From: a virus
Lineage: Duplodnaviria; Caudoviricetes
Length of the DNA stretch: 35,665 bases
Virus record (IMG/VR): IMGVR_UViG_3300040971_000377
Location: 1 to 35,665 of that record
Reading direction: 5' to 3' (one strand)
Shown: positions 7,317-15,601 of the stretch, piece by piece
Position numbering within the stretch: the first letter of the stretch is position 1
How the letters are laid out: each line of letters begins with the position of its first letter
The notes under the pieces: generated by a model
What the model was told of the DNA's origin: nothing
Seen by the model: only the letters and a program-made list of their open reading frames with translations
Database searches by the model: none
Program-made: the position numbers and the translations under genes

Positions 7317-7906
7317 CGGCTGCGCTGGTGGGGATGGTCTTTGATGCTCATATTCTCCTGCAGAGACCGAATAAATACCCTGGTAAGGCACCCAGGGTAC
7401 GCAACAAACGCTAACCCCAGCGCGGCCGAGCAGAAAGTCGGATGAGACCTACGTTTGACAGAACGTACCGACCTTTAACAATAGAGACCACAGTTTCAAA
7501 CCTGCAGTTGTGACAGCAGCTGCAGGTCCCCTGGACGGTGATTGACCGATTTTGCTGCACTCGGAGACCCCGACGAGCCCAGCACCTCGGCGGTGCAATC
7601 ATTCCCTTCGACACGGAACCGTCCACCTAATCTCTTTGCCACAGAATCATTAGGAGAGCCCGGCGCAAGTGTGGCACAAGTATGCCGGCGGGAGTGCTGA
7701 CCTGTTTACGCGACATGAGAATGCACTGTAGTCTGTAGAGCACAATAAATGCATGGCAGCCTGGAGAGACAGGCACACTAGGCCGGCCGATGGCTGAGAG
7801 GTTATATCCCTTCTGGAACAAGGCAAACCCTCAAGGCTGATCGTTCATCAAATGAAAGCCGGTCGCCTATCCCGGGGCAGGTTGCCCCCCTCAATCTGCC
7901 CCGGGA
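7317..7906 (+). ncRNA. Candidate large structured RNA (or cluster of RNAs), family unassigned
   Basis: About 600 nt with no credible ORF, tiled by nested stems (see findings). Strand inferred from the operon direction and G-U pairs. Confidence 0.6.
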
Positions 7907-7940
7907 GTTCTCTTACAAATAATTCCCACAGGAGACCCCT

Positions 7941-8363
7941 ATGTATCAAAAACACATCATGATTGGCAGACTTGGAAAAGACCCTGAAATGCGTTACACC
8001 CCTGCAGGGCAGCCGGTGGCATCCTTCCCTTTGGCTGCAGAACGTGTGTATTTGGATAAAGCCGGCAAGCAAGTTAAAGAGACGACCTGGTACTCGATCC
8101 GCGCATGGGGAAGTTTGGCAGAATCTTGCGACAAGCTGCTCACCAAAGGTCGGGCGGTGATGGTTGAAGGTCGGTTAAATATTGACCCTAAAACCGGAGG
8201 TCCTAAAATTTGGTTTGATGAAAGCCACAACCCACACGCCAATTTTGAGATCACTGCCAGTATAGTGAAGTTTCTTAACCCTACCACGACCCAAACAGGT
8301 GACCCGGTCTACATTTCTTTGGACGAACCAGAATCTGGAGATGGTTATGGAAATCCTGGCTAA
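7941..8363 (+). CDS. ssb: Single-stranded DNA-binding protein
   Basis: IGRLGKDPEMRYTPAG, ETTWY, KGRAVMVEGRL. Confidence 0.95.
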   Translation: MYQKHIMIGRLGKDPEMRYTPAGQPVASFPLAAERVYLDKAGKQVKETTWYSIRAWGSLAESCDKLLTKGRAVMVEGRLNIDPKTGGPKIWFDESHNPHANFEITASIVKFLNPTTTQTGDPVYISLDEPESGDGYGNPG

Positions 8364-8643
8364 ATCCTCCTCTGAAGAAAAATGGGCACTTGTAGAACTG
8401 GTGGGTTATCAACAATTCGCCGGTAATGTGTCAGATGAATCCATCAATGGAAAGCAATACATTCGCGTGGAGGTTCCAGAAACGAAAGTTCACAAAGCAT
8501 TTGATTGCAAGTTTGGTATTGAATCCGTCCACCACATCAGATACATCACTAAAGAACAGGCTGAAACCATCATCCGTCAAAGGGAGAGAGGGCGCTTTGC
8601 GCTCAATTTTTGCCAATTGGTGGCACTAGGTGCCAGATCATAA
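8341..8643 (+). CDS. Hypothetical phage protein (start approximate)
   Basis: WALVELVG..FAG.V....IRVEVP beta-rich ORF overlapping the ssb end. Confidence 0.7.
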   Translation: MVMEILAKSSSEEKWALVELVGYQQFAGNVSDESINGKQYIRVEVPETKVHKAFDCKFGIESVHHIRYITKEQAETIIRQRERGRFALNFCQLVALGARS

Positions 8644-8653
8644 ATGGCGTATC

Positions 8654-8678
8654 AACAGGCTCTTTAGCCTGTTTTTTT
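8654..8678 (+). terminator. Intrinsic terminator immediately upstream of parB
   Basis: AACAGGCT-CTTT-AGCCTGTT followed by a T run. Confidence 0.7.
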
Positions 8679-8693
8679 CAAAGGAGACCTCAA

Positions 8694-9890
8694 ATGAATG
8701 AAACACAATTAATAGGATTAGGACTTATCGATCCAAACCCATGGCAGACAAGACAAAATGAAGACCCTGCACATGTAGACGAGATTGCGCATTCAATCAA
8801 AGCCATGGGGATGATGCAAACCCCAACAGCAAGAAAAGTCGGAGATCGATTTCAACTTGTTTTTGGGCACACAAGACTAGCCGCTTATAAGCTGCTTGAA
8901 ACACTCGGGCAAGATGGGTATTCACACTTTCCATTAGTTATTCATGATCTCGATGATGAACAGATGGCCGTGGCTGCGTTTGAAGAAAATGAAAAACGCA
9001 GAGATTTGAACCCGGTCGACCGCGCGCGAGCTGTCAAGAAAATGCTTGAAGATTTCGAATGGACTCAGGAGATGGTCGCGGAGAAACTGCACATTGACCG
9101 CAGCGGCGTCTCCAACATGCTGCGAATGCTACGCCTTCCGCAGGATGTCTTAACAGCTGTAGCTGCCGGTGAATTGCCAGTACGGTCTGCCATGGCTTTG
9201 ATCCCTATTTTTGAGATCACCACCTCAGAGCAGGTGAAGCTTGAAGACCGTTTTGGAGAATCGCTCACAGACTTCATGAATGGCGCCAAGAAGGGCGAGG
9301 TCAACAGCGACGTGATCAGGGCTCGGGTTGATTTCTATATGAATTTCCTTCGACCGGAACCTGAGCAACTGCCATTCATAGATGGCTCTGAAACCGAAGC
9401 GCCAATGGTTGTCGAGAACGACATGATCACCGCCAATGATGAAGTATATGAACCTCCAGCGGCAGGTCAATTTGTTGAACCTCGGCCATCGATACCCACA
9501 GCAACACAAGTCCATATTGATGAATGGATGAATCATCCAAATGAAGAAGGTGAAGATGAACCTGAATCATCACTTCAACATGCAGCAGAATTTCCTGCTG
9601 CAGAAACTGACCCGGGATCTGACGAATCCTCTTTATTGAGTACTGAACAGGAAGTACAAGCGCCTCAACCTATGCCGGCTGCGAACCATCCAGTGGAAAA
9701 ACCGGCACTTGAGGAAATAAAAAAAGACCCCGAAGATCCGAATGCGATCTATTTGTCTGTTTCCTGGAAGACAAAAGGTGTGACTGTTTCTCTGCTTAAG
9801 CCTGGTTGGCCATCACCAAAGTTTCGATTTCTTAACATGTTGAAACTTGAATTGCTGCCAGGTGTCATCCGAGAAATGGAACAAGGCTGA
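8694..9890 (+). CDS. parB: ParB/Spo0J-family protein (PRTRC-associated) with acidic linker
   Basis: PNPWQTR, FGHTRLAA (GxxR box), ENEKRRDLNPVD, HTH TQEMVAEKLHIDRSGVSNMLRML; RBS AAGGAG. Confidence 0.92.
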   Translation: MNETQLIGLGLIDPNPWQTRQNEDPAHVDEIAHSIKAMGMMQTPTARKVGDRFQLVFGHTRLAAYKLLETLGQDGYSHFPLVIHDLDDEQMAVAAFEENEKRRDLNPVDRARAVKKMLEDFEWTQEMVAEKLHIDRSGVSNMLRMLRLPQDVLTAVAAGELPVRSAMALIPIFEITTSEQVKLEDRFGESLTDFMNGAKKGEVNSDVIRARVDFYMNFLRPEPEQLPFIDGSETEAPMVVENDMITANDEVYEPPAAGQFVEPRPSIPTATQVHIDEWMNHPNEEGEDEPESSLQHAAEFPAAETDPGSDESSLLSTEQEVQAPQPMPAANHPVEKPALEEIKKDPEDPNAIYLSVSWKTKGVTVSLLKPGWPSPKFRFLNMLKLELLPGVIREMEQG

Positions 9891-9891
9891 A

Positions 9892-10158
9892 ATGCAGGCT
9901 GCAAAAACAAACGAATCACTCCCGCTTTACCTCCTTTCTCTTGGAGAAAAGCGGGATGCACTCCAGGCTGCCATTGCCGAATTATCAGATAAAGACAAGG
10001 TACGAATAGAGACTATAGCAAGTGATCTGGTATCGGTTTTGAAAGCGAGACATCCGGGCGTGCAATTCACCAAAGAGAGCGCGTTTGAAGTGATTGCGAT
10101 GCTCGGCATATTTTTCAACAGGAGAATGAAAAATTATGAAATACAAAATCATGATTGA
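9892..10158 (+). CDS. Hypothetical protein within the PRTRC-type operon
   Basis: Starts 1 nt after the parB stop and overlaps the next gene. Confidence 0.65.
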   Translation: MQAAKTNESLPLYLLSLGEKRDALQAAIAELSDKDKVRIETIASDLVSVLKARHPGVQFTKESAFEVIAMLGIFFNRRMKNYEIQNHD

Positions 10159-10633
10159 AGGACAAGAGATAGAAATGCCGGAAGAAATTGCCGGCGACGA
10201 TGGAGCGTTGAAGAGCGCGCTATCACCTTACTTCCCGGGTGCTGCCAATGCCAAGTTCATCCGAACTGAGCCCAAAGATAACGTGATCACTGTGACGGTG
10301 GTCAAGCAGGCTGGTACGAAGGGATCTGGTGACGATGATGCTCTGCAGATTCTTGCTCACCTAGATGTTGCTCTTCCAGGTTCTTTGACGAGCCAGGTAC
10401 TAATCAAACTAATTGAAACTCCTGAAGGGATAAATCCGGTGGTTGCGCTCCATCGATCACTCGAAGGAAGAACGCTTAACCAGATGACGGTTGATCAGCT
10501 AATGGGACTGGATGATCAGATCGATGAAATCATTCAGTCTGGGTTGAAGGAAAAAATGGCTATCGATTCCAGTCTGGCATTGATCACCAAGATTGCCCCC
10601 ATCCCCTCAAAAGTAGTTGTAACAGGGTTCTAA
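10136..10633 (+). CDS. Ubiquitin-like protein (PRTRC protein C-like) with ~100-aa C-terminal extension
   Basis: LSPYFPGAANA and KQAGTKG (residues 57-63), matching the GTKG end typical of PRTRC C; operon context. Confidence 0.72.
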   Translation: MKYKIMIEGQEIEMPEEIAGDDGALKSALSPYFPGAANAKFIRTEPKDNVITVTVVKQAGTKGSGDDDALQILAHLDVALPGSLTSQVLIKLIETPEGINPVVALHRSLEGRTLNQMTVDQLMGLDDQIDEIIQSGLKEKMAIDSSLALITKIAPIPSKVVVTGF

Positions 10634-11490
10634 TGTCTGCAGTTTCTGAAAATCTTACTGCCTTTGAAGGTTTTGAGTTGGATTTCAGTTCAAGGGTACA
10701 GATATTAAAAAGTTTGAAATCTTTAGGATTTGAAGAAGTTTTGGGTCGTATCAATTCGATCCACAGCAGGATCAACGTCGTTATCACTGCAAAGCAAATG
10801 CACCTGAATAAAAACCCGGAATTGAAAACCCTGGCTTGTGCTTTTTCAGATGATGCATACTGTGAAAAAGTGGTTGAGATTCTTGCAGAAGAATTGCCAG
10901 TCATTGATCCACAGGAATATCTTGAGGATGGTAATTATTACCTTATGGCAGATATCGTTGGGATGAATGCCTGGCGCGAAGAAGAAGTTCAAGAATTAAT
11001 ATCTGATCCTGAAAACTATGGAAAAGATTTTAGCTTGACTGCCTTCCTTGAATTGATCAATTACGGAATCGACGATGACGAGCCTTGGAAAAATTGTATT
11101 GAGTATTTCAATTGGCCAATAGTTGCTCATTATGCAGTTAAATATGGTTTCGACCTTGACCACAACTACATCAAAAAGAGTTTACGCAAACACGGCGCAC
11201 CTGCTGAGGTTTATACGATGGTGATGTTGACCTTATTTCCTCCAGCCAACGATCTGCTTTGCATCACTGCAGACGATTGGGAGTGTGATCCAAGCTGCAT
11301 GGATGTGGAAATCACCACAGAAAACATCAGACTGCTGCGAAAACAATGGAAGCAAGCCCAGAAGCTCATTGAACAACTCGAGCCAGCCAGAGAATGGGTA
11401 GCAGAGAACCCCTGGTTTATTCCCATTTTGGGTGAGTGCCTGGAAAACAGCCAGAACAGAGAAAAGGAAAGGGTGAGGGTGCGAGTATGA
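10633..11490 (+). CDS. Acidic protein in the PRTRC protein F position
   Basis: Lies between the Ubl and E2 with coupled start/stop; assigned by synteny only. Confidence 0.55.
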   Translation: MSAVSENLTAFEGFELDFSSRVQILKSLKSLGFEEVLGRINSIHSRINVVITAKQMHLNKNPELKTLACAFSDDAYCEKVVEILAEELPVIDPQEYLEDGNYYLMADIVGMNAWREEEVQELISDPENYGKDFSLTAFLELINYGIDDDEPWKNCIEYFNWPIVAHYAVKYGFDLDHNYIKKSLRKHGAPAEVYTMVMLTLFPPANDLLCITADDWECDPSCMDVEITTENIRLLRKQWKQAQKLIEQLEPAREWVAENPWFIPILGECLENSQNREKERVRVRV

Positions 11491-12140
11491 ACGATCTGTT
11501 CTCTAATTCGCATGTCAGTGCAGCTGTTTACTTCACCGACCAGGGTCACTACATCTTTAAGTACAAAAGCCATGATCGGTTGATCACTAAGAACCTGAGA
11601 GCGCAGGAGGTATCTTCAGCTTTCACGCTTGAGACAATGGACAGCGGATGGATCACACCAGGAATTCAGCGGACAGGGTTCAATTCTCAGGGTGATTGGT
11701 TTGTTTATTATATGCCGGCGTGCAGGCTGAATCTGTACCTCGACGAATCCGGAACCAGATGGTGTGTTCCGATTCCACCCACTGTGTTGATCGGAGTTAA
11801 AAAAACCATTTATCTTTTCGCTATGGCCGGCACTTCCTTCGATCCAAAAGGGAAGGTTTACACGGCTCCATTCCCAAACATTCATTCAGATGGCAAGGTT
11901 TGCTGGGGGAAGAACCAGGCGCCGCAGGTTGACCCCAAAAAAGCAAAAGATGCATGGTTCCTTTTCTTCAACACTCCTTTCAACGGTGATCTTGCAGCCG
12001 ATAAATGTAAGAAGTTCCCAAAGGACGTGCGAGATTATCTGAAGTTTCTGGCCGGAAAGCAGACTTACCCCACCAATACCATGCGGGTTTGTTATGCCAG
12101 CTTGGACGGCCTGGTTGAACGATTGGTGGTGAAACAATGA
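11487..12140 (+). CDS. Prokaryotic E2 family D (PRTRC protein B-like)
   Basis: APFPNIHSDGKVCWG with catalytic Cys; FFNTPFN. Confidence 0.88.
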   Translation: MNDLFSNSHVSAAVYFTDQGHYIFKYKSHDRLITKNLRAQEVSSAFTLETMDSGWITPGIQRTGFNSQGDWFVYYMPACRLNLYLDESGTRWCVPIPPTVLIGVKKTIYLFAMAGTSFDPKGKVYTAPFPNIHSDGKVCWGKNQAPQVDPKKAKDAWFLFFNTPFNGDLAADKCKKFPKDVRDYLKFLAGKQTYPTNTMRVCYASLDGLVERLVVKQ

Positions 12141-12727
12141 TGAATAGTTTGGTCGACTATCGGGTTGCTGAACTCAATTTCAGACCTAGAGCTGGTTTTC
12201 TATATGATTATATTTTTGCAAGCAACGGAACCTTTGTCCACGCAAAAAACGATATTTTTGATGTAATCATGCCATTATCGATTATTCGCGAACAAGAGAA
12301 GATGGTCCGCGGACTAATGACGATTCATCCCTCGATCAAGCTTCCAAAGCTGGTGCCGGCAGAGGTTCTACGTTATTTAGTTCACATCAGCCGGCGAAAG
12401 ATTCCTAACGAAATTCTTTTCTACATCCGGTGGGTCAATGGGGAGTGGGAGATGGATATTCCACCCCAAAAGACAGGGCACGCCATAGTTCAGCCTCTTG
12501 AAGATGGTGAGTATGTGCCGATTGAGGTTCATTCCCACAACACCATGCCTGCGTTCTTTTCGAAAACTGATAATCGGGATGAGAACGGTCTGCGGATTTA
12601 CGGCGTACTGGGTAGGATGGACCGGGATGTTGTTGATTTCAAGTTGCGTATATCCATTTATGGTCATTATTCCGTTCTTCCATATCAATTAGTCTTTGAA
12701 TCGTTGCCAGAGGTCAAAAATGGATGA
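12137..12727 (+). CDS. JAB/JAMM metallo-isopeptidase (PRTRC protein A-like)
   Basis: PNE upstream Glu and EVHSHNTMPAFFSKTDNRDE (HxH-x7-S-xx-D). Confidence 0.92.
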   Translation: MMNSLVDYRVAELNFRPRAGFLYDYIFASNGTFVHAKNDIFDVIMPLSIIREQEKMVRGLMTIHPSIKLPKLVPAEVLRYLVHISRRKIPNEILFYIRWVNGEWEMDIPPQKTGHAIVQPLEDGEYVPIEVHSHNTMPAFFSKTDNRDENGLRIYGVLGRMDRDVVDFKLRISIYGHYSVLPYQLVFESLPEVKNG

Positions 12728-13526
12728 TTTCAACCTTGATTATATGAATGCACTGACTCTGCTGTTGCCGGCTGAGAATAGTGTCAAATTGTTCCTGGTT
12801 GGATGCGGAGGAACGGGGAGCTGGCTGGCTCCTGCGGTGGCCAGGGTCGGGAAGTTGCTAATTGAGAAGTTCAACAAAGAGGTCGAGATCACCTTTTTTG
12901 ATCCGGATTATGTGGAAGAGAAAAACATTTACCGCCAGAATTTCTGTGCTGCTGAGGTCGGTACGAATAAAGCTGAGGCGTTAGCCGATCGGTATGGTCA
13001 GGCTTGGGGAATAGAAATTGGTGCGATGGGTAAGAAGTTCGATAGAGGTTATGGTTTCGCTTCTGGTTCATCGGTCATTATTGGATGCGTCGATAATACG
13101 GATGCTAGAAAAAACATCAGTGATTATGTAAATGGGTGCTGCTGGTTGGATTGCGGAAACACCAAGAACTTTGGCCAAATATTGCTAGGTACAGGCAAGG
13201 GGCTTGAGAAAGCATTTGCCATCCCTGGTTATTGTGGAACCCTACCTTATCCACATGTGCAGCATCCTGAGCTCATTCAAAAAACACAATTCAACGAAAA
13301 ACCAAAAGCCAAGGGTGAAGAGCTCTCTTGCGCAGACATGGCTTTACAAGACAGCCAGGGGTTGGCGATCAACCAGCGCATGGCTGCTGAAGCGGCGGAC
13401 TACCTGGTGCGGATGTTGATCACGCGGGATCTGAAGAAATTCGCTACTTACATCGACCTGGAGAGCGGCACGACCAGGTCAAAATACATCACGGAGAAGG
13501 CGGTCAAGGGTTATGGAAAAGGTTAA
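12720..13526 (+). CDS. ThiF/E1-like activating enzyme (PRTRC ThiF)
   Basis: LVGCGGTGS, DPDYVEEKNIYRQNF, GCVDN..AR, WLDCGN, LSCAD, QGLAINQ. Confidence 0.93.
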   Translation: MDDFNLDYMNALTLLLPAENSVKLFLVGCGGTGSWLAPAVARVGKLLIEKFNKEVEITFFDPDYVEEKNIYRQNFCAAEVGTNKAEALADRYGQAWGIEIGAMGKKFDRGYGFASGSSVIIGCVDNTDARKNISDYVNGCCWLDCGNTKNFGQILLGTGKGLEKAFAIPGYCGTLPYPHVQHPELIQKTQFNEKPKAKGEELSCADMALQDSQGLAINQRMAAEAADYLVRMLITRDLKKFATYIDLESGTTRSKYITEKAVKGYGKG

Positions 13527-14436
13527 GTTTACTAGTGGGATGGTTCGAGAACTAAGAGGAGCTCCGTTGAGCTGCCTGATCCTCATGGCCATGGCTGGTC
13601 AGGCTGTCAGTGCTCAATACCTCGAGAGAAGTTCGGGTTATTCCGACAAGATCGTTGGCGCAGCATTGCTTTACCTTCAGGATCAGGGCTACATTACCCG
13701 CAATGAGCGGTATTCATGGCGTATAGCCATAAACGTCACTCAATTGCCTTTGATGACATTACCTGATGAAACCGAACCTGATATTCAGCCTCAGTCGGTG
13801 GAATCTGACCAACAGGAACCTAACAGCGAAATAACTGACACGACCCGGAATAATTCCGAGTCGGAGAATATCCGTGTCCTTACTAGTAGTAGTTCTATAG
13901 ATTTAACTAGTAAAGAATTAATAGATCTACCACTACTAGATGTTGCTGACCCGGAAAATCTCCGGGTCGCTGGAAATTTGGCGGCTTGTGACCGTTTTGG
14001 AATCAGGGAGCCCAAACGCAGTACGCTCAGCAAGCAGAAACACGTGACTTCAAGATTAATTTGTTTTCACTGCTGCACTGCGAAAGAAATAGCGCTGGCA
14101 ATCTGGCGTATCGAGAGGGATTGGAAGGTGAGGGAGGACTGGATTGATCCTTCAGAAAAAGAAGACTATTCGGAGTTTATCACTCCCGAAAATGTTTGCG
14201 CGCAAACATTAAGTGCTGATGATCTTGATCTCTGGCAGGCCACGCTTGATTCTGTGCGTTCAGAATTCAAGAAGGTGGAGTTTGATACCTGGTTGAAATC
14301 GGCGAAATTATGCGCGGTGGATGGTGACGGCTGGACCATCCGCACAGGGAATAGTCACGCAGCCGAGTGGATCAGGAAACATGCTCTCGGTGCGCTGCAA
14401 TCCGCGGCTGGGGTGACCATCAAGGTTGAGTGGTGA
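13513..14436 (+). CDS. Phage replication initiator: N-terminal wHTH, C-terminal DnaA N-terminal-like domain
   Basis: LWQATLDSVRSEFKKVEFDTWLKSAKL..NSHAAEWI resembles DnaA domain I; internal iterons. Confidence 0.8.
   Translation: MEKVKFTSGMVRELRGAPLSCLILMAMAGQAVSAQYLERSSGYSDKIVGAALLYLQDQGYITRNERYSWRIAINVTQLPLMTLPDETEPDIQPQSVESDQQEPNSEITDTTRNNSESENIRVLTSSSSIDLTSKELIDLPLLDVADPENLRVAGNLAACDRFGIREPKRSTLSKQKHVTSRLICFHCCTAKEIALAIWRIERDWKVREDWIDPSEKEDYSEFITPENVCAQTLSADDLDLWQATLDSVRSEFKKVEFDTWLKSAKLCAVDGDGWTIRTGNSHAAEWIRKHALGALQSAAGVTIKVEW
13842..13968. repeat. Putative replication origin: three CGGA-N5-TCCG dyads flanking an AT-rich segment
   Basis: CGGAATAATTCCG (13846), CGGAGAATATCCG (13862), GACCCGGAAAATCTCCGGGTC (13948). 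Confidence 0.65.
14191..14210. promoter_or_regulatory. parS-like palindrome inside the replication gene
   Basis: Exact AATGTTTGCGCGCAAACATT. Confidence 0.75.
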
Positions 14437-14447
14437 AGGGAGTTATC

Positions 14448-14666
14448 ATGGCTGAGAAAATTATTCATTGTTCAAACCCTCATTGTGAAAATGAAATTGC
14501 CTCTGTTGTTGAAATTGATGGCCGTGAATTGATTCACATAGGGGGTTTGCTGGTAACCAAGATTGATGGTGCATGCATTCGATGTGGGTTCAAATTTCGG
14601 TGGTCTGTTACCGACGAATTATTACGAAAAATTATTGAAAACATGCAAAAAAACAAAGAGTTTTAA
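14448..14666 (+). CDS. Small zinc-ribbon protein (Com-like), candidate late regulator
   Basis: CSNPHC and CIRC; last early gene; RBS AGGGAG. Confidence 0.65.
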   Translation: MAEKIIHCSNPHCENEIASVVEIDGRELIHIGGLLVTKIDGACIRCGFKFRWSVTDELLRKIIENMQKNKEF

Positions 14667-14731
14667 GCGCATATTCGAATTATTGTGCTAAACTAAATTA
14701 ACAATACGAATAAGTCCATCGCTGGAGTTTG

Positions 14732-14782
14732 TCGCCCGGCATTCACGATCAATTTGATCGAGGATGCCGGGCGATTTGCGTT
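14732..14782 (+). terminator. Long hairpin/terminator in the late-operon leader
   Basis: TCGCCCGGCAT..CGATCA/TGATCG..ATGCCGGGCGA followed by TTTGCGTT. Confidence 0.65.
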
Positions 14783-14807
14783 AAATCGATTAATCAAAAA
14801 GGAGTAG

Positions 14808-15281
14808 GTGATGAATTCAAAAATGGTTTTTGAAAAAGTTGGCAAGATTTTTAAATGGTTGGGTATCGGGATTTTGCTCTTGCTGATGATCCTTGCGATA
14901 TCTTCCCTGGTGTTGATGGCAATCGATAAAATCTTCCCGCAAGGGTGGAGTTTGGATGCTCAGTTATTTGTGATTTTAGTATCCATCGTCTTGTCTATTT
15001 CTTGGTCATTCACCCCAAAATTACGCGTGAAATTTGGTGAACTCGAGGCCAGCATAAAGGCCATTGTAAACCTCATTCTTATGATTATTCTTGCGGGGTT
15101 GATGTTCCTCTTCACATGCACAAACTGGAATCCGATCCCCGGCGTCGAATGTACGATCCAAGGCGCCAAAGAACTTGGTCTTTTAGTGTTTTATGCCGTA
15201 GCCGGTAATTACATTACTTATGGCATGACTGCTCCACCTGATGACGTCAAAGCCGCCAAAGCATCCAGGGCATCAGGGTAA
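14808..15281 (+). CDS. Four-TM membrane protein, holin-like
   Basis: Four hydrophobic segments, basic C-terminus, RBS AGGAG; first late gene. Confidence 0.55.
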   Translation: MMNSKMVFEKVGKIFKWLGIGILLLLMILAISSLVLMAIDKIFPQGWSLDAQLFVILVSIVLSISWSFTPKLRVKFGELEASIKAIVNLILMIILAGLMFLFTCTNWNPIPGVECTIQGAKELGLLVFYAVAGNYITYGMTAPPDDVKAAKASRASG

Positions 15282-15286
15282 TTCAG

Positions 15287-15601
15287 ATGACAGGCGCTGA
15301 AGGTATTCCATATACCGCATGGCAACAGGCTGTCTTTGTTGTTTTGTTTATCTGTGCCATCGTAATCCTACTAAATTGGCAATCCAAACAACAGGCAAAA
15401 TGGCAGGAATTCATTCAGCAACGCGACCAACAGTGGCAAGAATGGATGATGAAGACAAACTGTCAGACTGCAGATGCCATGGAACATGTCACCCAAGCAC
15501 TTGAGAAACTGTCGAAGAAGATTGATGCCCATGACGGCAAGGTTGAGTCACGAATCAATACAGCTATCACTGAGGTAAAGAGTTATCGAAAGAGAAGCTA
15601 A
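15287..15601 (+). CDS. Single-TM coiled-coil protein, holin-like
   Basis: TM AVFVVLFICAIVILL followed by a coiled coil. Confidence 0.55.
   Translation: MTGAEGIPYTAWQQAVFVVLFICAIVILLNWQSKQQAKWQEFIQQRDQQWQEWMMKTNCQTADAMEHVTQALEKLSKKIDAHDGKVESRINTAITEVKSYRKRS

Noticed and set aside
7703-7718. Sixth parS-like site (TGTTTACGCGACATGA)
   Set aside because: Only the left half matches; there is no dyad symmetry.
7317-7906. tRNA, tmRNA, hammerhead or group I/II intron; minus-strand ORFs 7411-7626 and 7627-7821
   Set aside because: I found no T-loop cloverleaf, no CUGAUGA core and no intron domain V or intron-encoded protein. The short ORFs oppose the operon direction and have no recognisable motifs.
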